Of a stretch of DNA of 64,000 nucleotides, positions 12,502 through 26,250 are shown piece after piece; the stretch's first letter is position 1; the number at the start of each line of letters is the position of its first letter. The position numbers were made by a program, and so were the translations under genes. Under the pieces are notes generated by a model. That model ran no database searches. It saw only the letters and a list, made by a program, of their open reading frames with translations, and had not been told where the DNA came from. Origin of the DNA: Octopus sinensis (lineage: Eukaryota); assembly GCF_006345805.1 (NCBI RefSeq), contig NC_043020.1, positions 8,742,001-8,806,000 of the forward strand, given 5' to 3'.

Positions 12502-13792
12502 TATCTTTTTTTCTTCGCAAATGTAAATAAACCCAATCTGTTTCTTAAATGAGGGAGATATTCATACAGCACGGAATGTTTTCACCCCAAATGGAGGTCA
12601 GCAATTGGTTAAAATTGCCGAAATGCTCGAAATTGAAGTGGAAATATCTTACAAACTATAGAATTTTCTCAATAAAACCAAGAAAAAAACGATGTTTTAT
12701 AAACACATTCTACCAGTATACGAAGTTTAAAAGTGTTTAGTTAACTAGAAATTGTGTTGACATGTGCCGTTCAAAAGGAAAAGAATCACATACATATATT
12801 CTTTAAGTAACTTTTATAATCTCTATATGAGCAGTTATATTAACCAATGGAAAAACGATAATGATATTTCTTTGGCTATACGACATTACGTTATATTTTA
12901 AAATAGCTACTTGCTACACTGGGGAAAGTCATTTTCTTTTTGTGTCTTATAATTTAACACCCTCACCGGTAAAATTTCCGCTTATTTCTTATTTTTATTT
13001 TTTATTTTAAAAGTAAGAAACAAGTGGAAATTTTACCGGTGAGTGTGTTACATTATAAGGCCCAAAAAGAAAATGACTCTCCCCAGACACAACAGAATTT
13101 GATGTTAATATTCGTTTGATAAAGAATCCACCAAATGTTTCAATATTGATTTTTCAACGATAACTTCACAATACTTTATCAAAGGCTTACCACTGAAATT
13201 GGTACGACAGATGGATAACTTCTCAAATATTTACTATTATTACGACAAATGATTTTAAGCGGGATGTTAATTCTCTTTCAGCTTTGAGATCTTTTTATTC
13301 TTAATGGACTCAAAACGGCAAATAGTTATCCAAGGGAGATTATTCATCGTACTACATGAGAGTTATTTCCCTTATCAATCCGAGCCCATCACGACTAGCT
13401 TTATATTTTGCTTTAAACATCTCTATTGAGGCCATACTGGAGCACTACCATCACGTGTTATTTATATGTGTCTGCTGAGTCGAATAGAGGCGTTGCAGTG
13501 CCATCCGACCTGCTAGAAATCGCGACCAAATAACTCTCTGAAATCACGCTACTTCTCAAAAAAAAAATTTTTAAATACGAAATGTTAATTTGTAATTTGG
13601 AACTTAAAACGTAAATTGATTAATTAATGAACACTACCTGGGGAGAAAAGAAATAAAAATACTGAGGGAAATCAACGAAAAGCAGAAAAATTACAAACAG
13701 AAACCATGTCGATGTTTAAAAAATGGGAAATTTAGCGCCAGATTAAGAAAATTATGGTTCATGTATGTATGTGTGTGTGCGCGCGCGCGCGC

Positions 13793-13823
<31 letters not shown>

Positions 13824-13835
13824 TGTGTGTGTGCG

Positions 13836-13869
<34 letters not shown>

Positions 13870-14186
13870 CATGCATGCGTGCTTGTATATGTATATACAC
13901 ATACACACACACACATACACTCACACACACATTTGGCGTTTCTGTGCGGTAAAAAGCTTGTTTCCCAACCACATGGTTCCGGGTTCTGTTCCACTGCGTG
14001 ACGCATTGGGCAAGTGTTGTCTACTATAGCCACGGGCCGACCAAAGACTTATGAGTAGGTTTGGTAGACAGAAACAGAAAGTGGTTTACCACTATGATTT
14101 CGACTTGAATGGCAACTATAATAAAAGTGGATGTTGTACCTGTTTAGCAAAGAGTGGCTATAAGTGGTTCATCATTGAGCAGGCAG

Positions 14187-14224
<38 letters not shown>

Positions 14225-15177
14225 ATTTTGGAAGCACTCCGTCGGTTACGATGACGAGGGTTCCGGTTGATCCGAATCAACGGAACAGCCTGCTCGTGAA
14301 ATTAACGTGTAAGTGGCTGAGCACTCTTTTGAGAAAGATATGACAATAGTTTTCCTTCATTTTGCTGAACCACTAAGTTATGGGGATGTAAACACACCAA
14401 CACTGGTTGTCAAGTGGTGGTGGGGGACAGACATACACACATAAATAGACATATGCATGCACACACGCATACACACACACATATATATATGCATACAAGA
14501 TAGGCTTCTTTCAGTTTCTGACTACCAAATCCACACACAAGACCCAAGGTAGTAGAAAACACTTGCTCGTTCCTTGCATCCTCACCAAGCTTACCCTCAT
14601 AGCACAGGGTCTACCCTTAGACAGTGGTACTGGTTCATCATTAGGGTATGTCTAGATAGTGGTGAGCCTGTGTGATACATGTTGAGGGACCAACCTTTCT
14701 CTGAGTCCTGTCAGCTTTAATAGCAGGACTGTCTTTTGCTGTTTGAGACCCGTAATTGGGTCCCTTGATGGATTCTACCACCCAGGGCCAGATAGGACCT
14801 GGAAATAGTGATGCCTAAGGAGTAACTCCCAAATCCCTAAAACTCCTGAACTCCCAAGTTGGAGCCTCACCATCATATGTCATTTAATGCCTTGCCCAGA
14901 ACATTTATCGATAACACAACTGAGAATAAAACACCGGAAGGGAGCATTCATTGTATTAATCAAACATAAGACAGGATCCCTTGTAGCTAATCCAATGAGT
15001 TGTAAGTCTTGAATTAGCCAAGATTATCCCTATAATTAGTAGGTTAGATTACACAATGAAGTTTATTTCATTGACTCTCACTTCTACTCTTATCGACTAA
15101 TCAATGACTTAATATCAGGTTAATATTAAAGATATGTATGTGTGTGTGTGTGTGTGAGACAGATCGATTTTTATTTA

Positions 15178-15562
15178 AATAATAATAATAATAATAATGA
15201 AATTATTGTATACAGTGCTCAGGTGCACCACAACTTGTCAGAAAGTGCATATAAAGTACATGCAGTAATGTAAAAATGTCTGGAAAGCGAACAATGTATG
15301 AGTCAGATACATGCTTGTGTGTGTATGGAGGGGAGAAAATCAGGTGTAGTGTTGGCAAATTTCAGGAAGCATGGAAGTTTTGAAGGATGCAGTGCTCCGA
15401 CAACTAACAACTGATGCTGGCAGTTTGTTCCATACTTCAGCAACTCTCAGTGTGAAAAAATGTTTCCTGAAGTCATGGGAGCTGTGCTGTTTTCTTTCTT
15501 TGTAAACATGTCCACGGGTGTTAGACGGGTGCAGTTTGAAAAGGGGCTCAGAGTTATTGTTT
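15178..15562 (-). mobile_element. Shorter copy of the same CR1 element
   Basis: Near-identical to 53686-54065; further fragments at 33383-33570 (+) and 41048-41272 (-). Confidence 0.88.
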
Positions 15563-16012
15563 AATCAACTCTCCCCCCTCCTTCTCATTCTCCTCCCCCT
15601 ACACAGAAGTACCTTGTAGTAAACCATTAATAGACCTAGGTAATTAGCTGGTGGGATAGTGGAGTGGTGGTAGTGGTGGGGATGTCATCATCATCATCGT
15701 CAACAACAACAGTAGCACTAAGTTTCCTAACATTTTTCAGTCTTAATCGTTGTAGTTGTAGAGGTAGCAGTAGCAGTGGTTTCTCTTGTGAGTTTAGCAG
15801 TAGCAGCAGCAGTAGTAGTGGTGGTAGTTATTGTTTTTACTTAAATGCCTTCCAGCTATGACCATCATGTCTCCTATTTGCAAGGAGCCCAGCATCTCAT
15901 TATCCTCATGTCCACTTCCAAACCACTTGGATATGATTTAAGGGAGGGTTTGGCTGCTATTTCCACTAGGTCAAGTGACCACATAGAAACACACCCTTTT
16001 CACAAGGTTGGC

Positions 16013-16074
16013 AAGTAGTAGTTGTAGTAGTAGTAGCAGCAGCAGTAGTATCAGCATCAGTAGTGTTAGTAGTA

Positions 16075-16115
<41 letters not shown>

Positions 16116-16125
16116 GGTGGTGGTG

Positions 16126-16176
<51 letters not shown>

Positions 16177-16215
16177 ATAGTGGTGGTGGTGGTGGTAGTA
16201 GTGGTGGTGGTGGTG

Positions 16216-16270
<55 letters not shown>

Positions 16271-16284
16271 TAGTAGTAGTAATA

Positions 16285-16317
<33 letters not shown>

Positions 16318-16326
16318 ATAGTGGTG

Positions 16327-16358
<32 letters not shown>

Positions 16359-16530
16359 GGTGTAGTAGTAGTGGTGGTGGTGGTGGTAGTAGTAGTAGTA
16401 GTAGTGGTAGTAGTAGTAGTAATAGTGGTGGTAGTAGTGTAGTAGTAGTAGGAGTGGTAGTAGTAGTAGTAGTAGTATAGTAGTAATAATAGTAGTAGTG
16501 GTAGTAGTAGTAGTAGTAGTAGGAGTGGTA
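16013..16530. repeat. Compound (AGT)n/(GGT)n trinucleotide tract
   Basis: Direct observation; it produces the poly-S/V/L ORFs. Confidence 0.95.
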
Positions 16531-16949
16531 GTATGTTCAGTTCCAGATACTTCTTAAAGTGACAAAACAAGCGGAAATCAATGAAAGACTTGAGCCACAC
16601 AATAGTGGCCAAAGCACAACAAGGCCAGCAGCATTGGTCAAGCTTTCTTTTATTTTGGGGTGAGTTGGAACAGGTTTGGTAGGTTTGTCTTACCACCGTC
16701 ATCGTCACGTCATCCTCCTCATCATCATCATCATTGAATGCTTGCTTTTCCATGCTCCCATTTTTGTCAAGTGAAATTCACTGAGCCAGGTATTTTCTAT
16801 AGCCGGGGTGCCCTTCCTGTCACCAACCCTCACCTGTTTCCAATCAAGGTAATATTTACCCCCACCCTGCCACTAAGGGCCAGACACCCTATTCATGGAA
16901 GACTGGAAATCAACAACTGACACTCATTTACAACCATCACAATGGATGG

Positions 16950-17510
16950 GAAGCACTCCGTCAGTTACGACGACGAGGGTTCCGGTCGATCCGAATCAAC
17001 GGAACAGCCTGCACGTGAAATTAACGTGTAAGTGGCTGAGCACTCCACAGACACGTGTACCCTTAACGTAGTTCTCGGGGATATTCAGTGTGACACAGAG
17101 AGTGACAAGGCCGGCCCTTTGAAATACAGGTACAACAGAAACAGGAAGTAAGAGTGAGAAAAAGTTGTGGTGAAAGAGTACAGCAGGGATCACCACCATC
17201 CCCTGCCGGAGCCTCGTGGAGCTTTAGGTGTTTTCGCTCAATAAACACTCACAACGCCCGGTCTGGGAATCGAAACCGCGATCCTATGGCCGGCCCTTTG
17301 AAATACAGGTACAACAGAAACAGGAAGTAAGAGTGAGAGAAAGTTGTGGTGAAAGAGTACAGCAGGGATCACCACCATCCCCTGCCGGAGCCTTGTGGAG
17401 CTTTAGGTGTTTTCGCTCAATAAACACTCACAACGCCCGGTCTGGGAATCGAAACCGCGATCCTACGACCGCGAGTCCGCTGCCCTAACCACTGGGCCAT
17501 TGCGCCTCCA
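16950..17510 (-). mobile_element. SINE family C copy with an internal 179-bp tandem duplication
   Basis: GGCCGGCCCTTTGAAATAC at 17109 and 17288. Confidence 0.85.
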
Positions 17511-17963
17511 CGACACACACATTATACACATATCATGTATCTTTTATTTGTTTCAGTCATTAGACTGAGGCCATGCTGGGGCACTGCTTTGAAGACTTTT
17601 AGCTGAATGAATCTGTCCCAATAATTGTTCTTTTGTTAAGTTAGGTACTTATTCTATCAATCTCTTTTGCTGAACCACTAAGTTATGGGGATGTAAACAC
17701 ACCAACACCGGTTGTCAAGTGGTGGTGGGGGACAGACATACACACATATATATATATATGCATGCAAGATAGGCTTCTTTCAGTTTCTGACTACCAAATC
17801 CACACACAAGGCTCAAGGTAGTAGAAAACACTTGCCCAAGGAGTCATGCAGTGGGACTGAACCCAGAACTATGTGGTTGGGAAGCAAGCTTCTTACTACA
17901 TAGCCATGTCTACATGACAAGCTTCTTTCAGTTATGGGCACATAACAAACACCTGGCCTCCAT

Positions 17964-20150
17964 GCCGGTGGCACGTAAAAAACACGATCCGAGCTTGGCC
18001 GTTCACCAGCCTCGTCTGGCACCTGTGTCGGTGGCACATAAGAAAACACCATCCGAGCATGGCCGTTCGCCAGCCTTGTCTGGCGCCTGTGTCGGTGGCA
18101 CATAAAAAAACACCATCCGAGCATGGCCGTTCGCCAGCCTCGTCTGGCACCTGTGTCGGTGGCACATAAAAAAACACCATCTGAGCATGGCCGTTCGCCA
18201 GCCTCGTCTGGCACCTGTGTCGGTGGCACATAAAAAAACACCATCTGAGCATGGCCGTTCGCCAGCCTCGTCTGGCACCTGTGTCGGTGGCACATAAAAA
18301 AACACCATCCGAGCTTGGCCGTTCGCCAGCCTTGTCTGGCACCTGTGTCGGTGGCACATAAAAAAACACCATCTGAGCATGGCCGTTCGCCAGCCTCGTC
18401 TGGCACCTGTGTCGGTGGCACATAAAAAAACACGATCCGAGCGTGGCCGTTCGCCAGCCTCGTCTGGCACCTGTGTCGGTGGCACATAAAAAAACACCAT
18501 CCAAGCATGGCCGTTCGCCAGCCTCGTCTGGCACCTGTGTCGGTGGCACATAAAAAACACGATCCGAGCGTGGCCGTTCGCCAGCCTCGTCTGGCACCTG
18601 TGTCGGTGGCACATAAAAAAACACCATCCAAGCATGGCCGTTCGCCAGCCTCGTCTGGCACCTGTGTCGGTGGCACATAAAAAAACACCATCCAAGCATG
18701 GCCGTTCGCCAGCCTCGTCTGGCACCTGTGTCGGTGGCACATAAAAAACACCATCCGAGCGTGGCCGTTCGCCAGCCTCGTCTGGCACCTGTGTCGGTGG
18801 CACATAAAAAAACACCATCCAAGCATGGCCGTTCGCCAGCCTCGTCTGGCACCTGTGTCGGTGGCACATAAAAAAACACCATCGAGCGTGAGCGTTCGCC
18901 AGCCTTGTCTTGGCACACCAGTGTGTCGGTGTGGCACATAAAAAAACACCATCCGAGCTTGGCGTTCGCCAGCCTTGTCTGGCACCGTGTCGGTGGTGGC
19001 ACATAAGAAAACACCATCCGAGCTTGGCCGTTCGCCAGCCTTGTCTGGCACCTGTGGCGGTGGCACATAAAAAAACACATCCGAGCTTGGCCGTTCGCCA
19101 GCCTTGTCTGGCACCTGTGTCGGTGGTGGCACATAAAAAAACACCATCCAAGCATGGCCGTGTCGCCAGCCTCGTCTGGCACCTGTGTCGGTGGCACAAA
19201 AAAACACCATCCAAGCATGGCCGTTCGCCAGCCTCGTCTGGCCTTTGTGTTGGTGGCACATAAGAAAACACGATCCGAGCGTGGCCGTTCGCCAGCCTCG
19301 TCTGGAACCTTGTCGGTGGCACATAAAAAAACACCATCTGAGCATGGCCGTTCGCCAGCCTCGTCTGGCACCTGTGTCGGTGGACACAAAAAAAACACCA
19401 TCCAAGCAGGCCGTTCGCCAGACCTCGTCTGGCACCTGTGTCGGTGGCACATAAGAAAACACGATCCGCGGTGGCCGTGTTCGCCAGCCTCGTCTGGCAC
19501 CTGTGTCGGTTGTGGCACATAAAAAAACACCATCTGAGCATGGCCGTTCGCCAGCCTCGTCTGGCACCTGTGTCGGTGGCACATAAAAAAACACCATCCA
19601 AGCAGCATGGCCGTTCGCCAGCCTCGTCTGGCACCGGGGTGCGTGGTGGCACATAAGAAAAAACACGATACCGAGCGTTGGCCGTTCGCCAGATCGTCTG
19701 GCACCTGTGTCGGTGGACATTAAAAAAACACCATTGAGCATGGCCGTTCGCCAGCTCGTCTGGCACCTGTGTCGGTGGCACATAAAAAAACACCATCCAA
19801 GCATGGCCGTTCGCACAGCCTCGTCTGGCACCTGTGTCGGTGGCACATAAAAAAACACCATCCGAGCGTGGCCGCGTTCGCCGCCTCGTCTGGCACCTGT
19901 GGCGTTTGGCACATAAAAAAACACATCTGAGCGTGGCCGTTCGCCAGCCTCGTCTGGCACCTTGTGTCGGGTGGCACATAAAAAGCACCACTACACTCAC
20001 AGAGTGGTTGGCATTAGGAAGGGCATCCAGCTGTAGAAACACTGCCAGATCTGACTGGCCTGGTGCAGCCTTCGGGCTTCCCAGACACCAGTTGAACCGT
20101 CCAACCCATGCTAGCATGGAAAGCGGACGTTAAACAATGATGATGATGAT
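17964..20150 (+). repeat. 64-bp minisatellite (~32 units, 17964-19990) expanded inside a family E SINE that ends in a (GAT)n tail
   Basis: Period 64 (GGCCGTT at 18061, 18125, 18189); the array runs directly into the SINE 3' part GGTTGGCATTAGGAAGGGCATCCAGCTGTAGAAAC...GATGATGAT. Confidence 0.92.
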
Positions 20151-20341
20151 AGGAAAAGAAACTTGCTCATAATATTTAATGTTTTTCTCAGATAATAAAT
20201 CGCAACAAATGGAAAAATAACTTCAGTTGTTTGTTGTTGTTGCATAGGTGTCTGAAGTTGAGGCATGTCCTGTTCCATTGCTTTTTAAATCCTGGATGAA
20301 AAGCAAGGTCAACATCAGCAGAATTTGAACTTAGAACATAC

Positions 20342-22683
20342 AGGCGCAGGAGTGGCTGCGTGGTAAGTAGCTTGCTAAACAACCACATGGTTCCGGGTTC
20401 AGTCCCACTGCGTGGCATCTTGGGCAAGTGTCTTCTGCTATAGCCCCGGGCCGACCAATGCCTTGTGAGTGGATTTGGTAGATGGAAACTGAAAGAAGCC
20501 TGTCGTATATATGTATATATATATATATATGTATGTGTGTCTGTGTTTGTCCCCCTAGCATTGCTTGACAACCGATGCTGGTGTGTTTACGTCCCCGTCA
20601 CTTAGCGGTTCGGCAAAAGCGACTGATAGAATAAGTACTGGGCTTACAAAGAATAAGTCCCGGGGTCGATTTGCTCAACTAAAGGTGGTGCTCCAGCATG
20701 GCCGCAGTCAAATGACTGAAACAAGTAAAAGAGTAAAAGAGAGAGAGAGCATAGATAAAATGCCTCAAAGCATTTTGTCTGCTACACTGCCTTAATAATA
20801 ATAATTCTTTCAACTCTAGGCACAAGGCCAGAAATTTGAGGGGAGGTGGCTAATTGATAACAGTGACCCCAATGCTTAATTGGTATTTATTTTTATCGAC
20901 CCCGAAAAGATGAAAGGCAAAGCTGACCTCGGTGAAATTTGAACTCAGAACGTAAAGACAGACGAAATGCCGCCAAGCATTTTGCCCAGCATGCTAACGA
21001 TTCTGCCAGTTTACAACCTCGACAACGACAACGACAACAACAACAGCAGCAGCAGCAGTTTCCAGTTTTGTCATAAGAGCAGCAGTTTTTAGGGAGGGGG
21101 ATGAATTGATTTCACCGAACCCAGTGTTTCACTGGTAAATTTATTGACCCTAAAAGGATGAAAGGCACAGATGCGAAACCAAGAGTTCTGTGAGAAGTGT
21201 ACAGCTTCATCTGTGCCATGTGTGCCAAATGGAGGACTGCGTTGTGATTGAATTAAGCTTCAAAGTGACCATTTTTCTGTAAAGATGGTTACTCTCTCTC
21301 TTTTACTCTTTTACTTGTTTCAGTCATTTGACTGCGGCCATGCTGGAGCACCACCTTTAGTCGAGCAACTCGACCCCGGGACTTATTCTTTTGTAAGCCT
21401 AGTACTTATTCTATTGGTCTCTTTTGCCGAACCGCTAAATGACAGGGACATAAACACACCAGCATCGGTTGTGAAGCAATGGAATGAGGGACAAACACAG
21501 ACACACAAACATATACACACACATACATCTATATATATATACATATATACGACAGGCTTCTTTCAGTTTCCGTCTACCAAATCCACTCATAAGGCTTTGG
21601 TCGGCCCGAGGCTATAACAGAAGACACTTGCCCAAGATGCCACGCAGTGGGACTGAACCCGGAACCATGTGGTTGGTAAGCAAGCTACTTACCACACAGC
21701 CACTCCTGCAGCTTTTCTTTCCCTTTTTTTTGTTGTTATTTTGATGAAATCTGAGACTCTTTCACTTCAGGTGTCTGTCGGGTTTCTTTTCGTCTTTTAC
21801 TTGTTTCCCTCAATCGAATGTGGTCCCGTGGGGGGAGACAATGCCTTGAAGAAATTTTAGTCAAATGAATCAACTCCAGTGCTTATTTTTGTTTGTTTCT
21901 TTTAAACCTGCTACATATTCCATTGGTCTCTTTTGCCGCACTGCTATGTCACACACCAACGCCGATTGTCAAGCAGTGGCGAGGGACAAACAGACACACA
22001 CATACATATGACAGGCTTCTTCCAATTTCTGTCTACCAAATCCACTTACAAATCTTTGGTCAACCCAAGGCTATAGAGAAGACACTTGCCCCAGGTGCCA
22101 CACAGTAGGACTGAACCTGGACTCATGTGTTTTGGAAGCAAACTTCTTATTGCACAGCGGCATCTCTTTTCAACATTCACCCATAATTTGCCATTCTTTT
22201 TTTTATCTAAATACTTTTCCAGGTTTCATTCCATTTGTGGATGATCCATTATGCTCCACCAAATACTGAAATTTCAGATTTTTACAGCAGTTCAAATACA
22301 TACATATATATATATATATATATTATATTTTTTTATATTATATTGAGGGTACTACTATTCGTAGATACCAACACGCTAAGAGGGACCAATGCGGTCAAAA
22401 CTACTAAAAATAAACAAAATTTTACCGAATGCAAAACTTCAAAACATCATTTTAAAAAAGAATTCAGTTACATATCACATGTGATTTCACATTTAATGCA
22501 GAATATGCATTTCATGTTCGTCAGTGCAAAACAAACTCAAGAAATATAAGAGAAAAACATAACATTACAAGCTCGATAGCCAACCGTAGAATTCGTCGTA
22601 GCATGTACGAATGTTTATCTTTACATATCTATGAAAATGGCGGGCTTCTTCGCAATGCATTTCGGTAACAAATTGTCTAGTCG

Positions 22684-22722
<39 letters not shown>

Positions 22723-24135
22723 CGCATGAGTGGCTGTGTGGTAAGTAGCTTGCTAACCAACCACATGTTTCTGGGTTCAGTCCCACTGCGTGGCATCTTG
22801 GGCAAGTGTTTTCTACTATAGCCTTGGGCCGACCAATGCCTTGTGAGTGGATTTAGTAGACAGAAACTGAAAGAAGCCTGTCGTATATATAAATATATAT
22901 GTGTGTGTGTGTGTGTGTCTGTGTTTGTCCCCTTAGCATTGCTCGACAACCGATGCTGGTGTGTTTACGTCCCCGTCAAGAATAAGTCCCGGGGTCGATT
23001 TGCTCGATTGAAAAGGCAGTGCTCCAGCATGGCCGCAGTCAAATGACTGAAACAAGTAAAAGAGTAAAGAGTATATATATGTGTGTGAAACAAGTGAAAG
23101 CACATGGCTCAGTGGTTAGAGCGTTGGGTTTACAATCATGAGGTAATGAGTTTAATTCCCAGGCTGAGCTGTTTGTTGTGTTCTTGAGCAAGACACTTTA
23201 TTCTCCACAGTGTTCCAGTACACTTAGCTGCAGAAATGAGCTGCAACGTCACTGGTGCCAGGCTGTATCGGCTTTTGCCTTGGATAACATCGGTGGCATG
23301 GAGAGCGGAGGCTGGTATACATGGGTGACTGCTGGTCTTCCATAAACAACCTTGCCTGGACTTGTGCCACAGAGGGGAATATTTCTAGGTGCAATCCCAT
23401 GGTCATTCACGACCCTTTACCGTATGAAATGTGCATTCAAAATTCCCTCCCAATCCATCAGAAGTGCTTGTCAGAATCATAGTGTACTTTTTGAGACTGT
23501 AAATCCATGTTAACTGTTACAGGTTGGCTTTTACTTAATGTTATTTTCATAATTCTGGAAGAACAGACCCATTGTGCCCACCCAACTCTATATATTACGC
23601 ACAAAGAATGAGCTTCTTTCAGTTTCCGTCTGCCAAATCCACTCACAACACTTTGATTTGCCTTAGGATAAGTGTCGCACAAAGGAACTGAACCTGGAAA
23701 CATGTGGTTCGGAAGAAAACTTCTTATCACATAGTCATGGCTGTCTTAACAGAAAAAAAGAACAATAAATATGGCTGTGTGGTAAGTAGCTTGTCTACCA
23801 ACCATATGGTTCCGGGTTCAGTCCCACTGTGTGGCACCTTGGGCAAGTGTCTTCTACTATAGCCTCGGGCCGACCAAAGCCTTGTGAGTGGATTTGGTAG
23901 ACGGAAACTGAAAGAAGCCCGTCGTATATATGTATATATATATATATGTGTGTGTGTGTTTGTGTTTGTCCCCTAGTGTTTATGTCCCCGTCACTTAGCG
24001 GTTCGGCAAAAGAGACCGATAGAATAAGTACTAGGCTTACAAAAGAATAAGTCCCGGGGTCGAGTTGCTCGATTAAAGGCGGTGCTCCAGCATGGCCGCA
24101 GTCAAATGACTGAAACAAGTAAAAGAGTAAAAAGA
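20342..24135. mobile_element. Cluster of SINE family A copies (20342-20740 +, 21300-21710 -, 22721-23070 +, 23772-24135 +) with family B and CORE-type SINEs between them
   Basis: Repeated matches to the consensus seen elsewhere in the window. Confidence 0.85.
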
Positions 24136-24199
24136 GTAAACAATAAAATAAAAGATCAAACAAACTTTGTAAACTGGAGTAGATAAAGACAGAGAAAGT

Positions 24200-24205
24200 T
24201 TTATT
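24200..24205 (-). terminator. Candidate distal poly(A) signal AATAAA
   Basis: On the minus strand, AATAAA is followed about 35 nt later by GTTTGTTTGATCTTTTATTTTATTGTTT (U/GU-rich element). A second AATAAA lies at 24439-24444. Confidence 0.5.
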
Positions 24206-25646
24206 ACAGGTTAATTTGTGAATTACACAAATGAATGGTTTGTGTTCTTTGTGCTTACCAAACTGAACACTGGTTATTGTTTTTGCATTTTGGATAAGGA
24301 TTTTGAATCTTTTTTTTATCGTGTGTGTGTATGTATGTATGTATATATGTATCATGTGTGAGTGAGTGCATGTGCATATATATATATATATATATGCATG
24401 TATAGTTTTTTTTGGTTGGCTTACATTGAGCCATAAACTTTATTAACAACAACAACAACAACAGCAACAACAAATAGCCAGGAATCAACCACTGTGTGAC
24501 CCCCCCCTCTTCTCCCTTACCCAAGAACAGAAAGAAAAAAAAAATAGTTTAAAAAAGAAAAAGAAAAGGAAAAAAAAAAATTTAAGCTGAAAAAATTCTT
24601 TCGAAAAAGTTTTTTTTTTTCAAAAACAGAATAAAAAAATGTTGACTGCAAACAAAAAAAAAAATTTAGCGTTTCCCTTTTTATGGCAAAAAAAAAAAAA
24701 ACCCCAAAAAATCTTAAATAATGGCAATAATTATAGTAATAATAATAATAATAATAATCAACTACAACAGTGGTGGCTGTTTGTTTGTCTGCAGGAATTT
24801 ACCAATAGAGTGCCTGGCATTTTCTTGGTTTTCTGGCAAATGATATCAAGACGGTTTCCCATTTAATGAGACTCCAAACACTTCCTCACACAAGAAATAT
24901 TCAGATTTTTTTTTCTTCTTCTCCTTCACTTTTTTGGTGTTTCCCCCCCCCCCCCCCCAAAATCGTTCCATTTCCATCAAATTGTCTTTGGATTCGTTTT
25001 CTTTTTATTTCATTTGTTTTACTGTTGCTTGTTTTGTTGTTGTCTTCTTTTTGTTTTTTCATACTTTCTTTATAAAGTTAAAAATTCACTCCTCCCCCAG
25101 CCCGACCCCTACCTCCCACTTTTACCTTCATTAATTACCAGCAAATTTGGTTGTTTTTTTATTCTTTTTTTTTAGCCCTTTCTTTTCTCCATACCCACCC
25201 ATCCCTCCAACAAACCCCAAATAGTCTTCTCCAGTGTTATTATTTTTAATATTATTATTAATATTATTATTATTACATTTCTTTTTTTAAGTTTTAAACA
25301 TAACAATATAAGTTATTTTATATTTTTTTAAAACGTTTTATATTCTTTTTTGTTGTTTTTTTTTCCCAGCTTTTTTCAGATGGTGAATCCAAAATTTTTT
25401 GTTTTTATATTTTTTTGTATCATTTTTGTTATTTTAGTTTTTTAATTATATTTTATTTTAATTATATATATAATATTATTATTATTATTATTTTTTGCTT
25501 TTTTAGGTGAGAATGATTGAATGCCAGAAAAAAAAAAATTCTCCTACCAACCAATGCACTACAACCATGTGGCTTGCTGTCGAGGGATTAACAGGGATTA
25601 TCAGGAGGATATAACAAACAAATAGAAGAGATTATTTGCATGCATA

Positions 25647-25719
<73 letters not shown>

Positions 25720-25727
25720 GTATGCAC

Positions 25728-25763
<36 letters not shown>

Positions 25764-26218
25764 ATGCATATATAGATATGTATACAAACAAGTGTGTGTA
25801 CATATACGTGAACACACACAAGCATGTGTGTGTATCTATATATATATATACATGAACACATGCATGTATGTATATGTAAGTGCATATATATATATATCTA
25901 TATATGTGGATATAAATATATGCATATATCTATCTATATACATGCATATGTAAAATGGAGGGAGAGGAAATGAGAGAGAGAGAGAAATGAGAGAGAGAGA
26001 GAGAGACAGTGATAGAGGGGAAAATGCTGAATGAAAGGGGTTGTAGCAGGGAATTGTTGGGGGGGGGCAGAGAAGGAGGGGGAGGGGCAGGCAAGCTTGG
26101 TTGTCTGTCCGACAAGAAACCATGAATGTTCTATGGGGGGTAGAAATGGGAGAGGGAAGAGGGGAGAGCAAATGAAAAAAGGAAAGCAGTTAAAAGAGAG
26201 AGGAGGGTGAAAAGGAAA

Positions 26219-26250
<32 letters not shown>

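Noticed and set aside
15971-16753. 260-aa ORF and poly-Ser/Val ORFs
   Set aside because: Trinucleotide repeat artefacts.
17964-19990. CRISPR-like regular array
   Set aside because: No unique spacers, eukaryotic context, and the unit is SINE-derived.
17813-20117. Three overlapping 590-715 aa ORFs on the minus strand
   Set aside because: The 64-bp unit happens to lack TTA/CTA/TCA on +, so all minus frames stay open; the peptide simply cycles through the three registers of a SINE-derived repeat.
22630-22660. AAAATGGCGG YY1-like motif as a promoter
   Set aside because: A single motif in a probable transposon remnant, with no downstream exon found.
24500-25520. Unusual homopolymer-rich, irregular sequence (also 6480-6800)
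   Set aside because: Looks like low-quality consensus in A/T homopolymers; no structure can be trusted.
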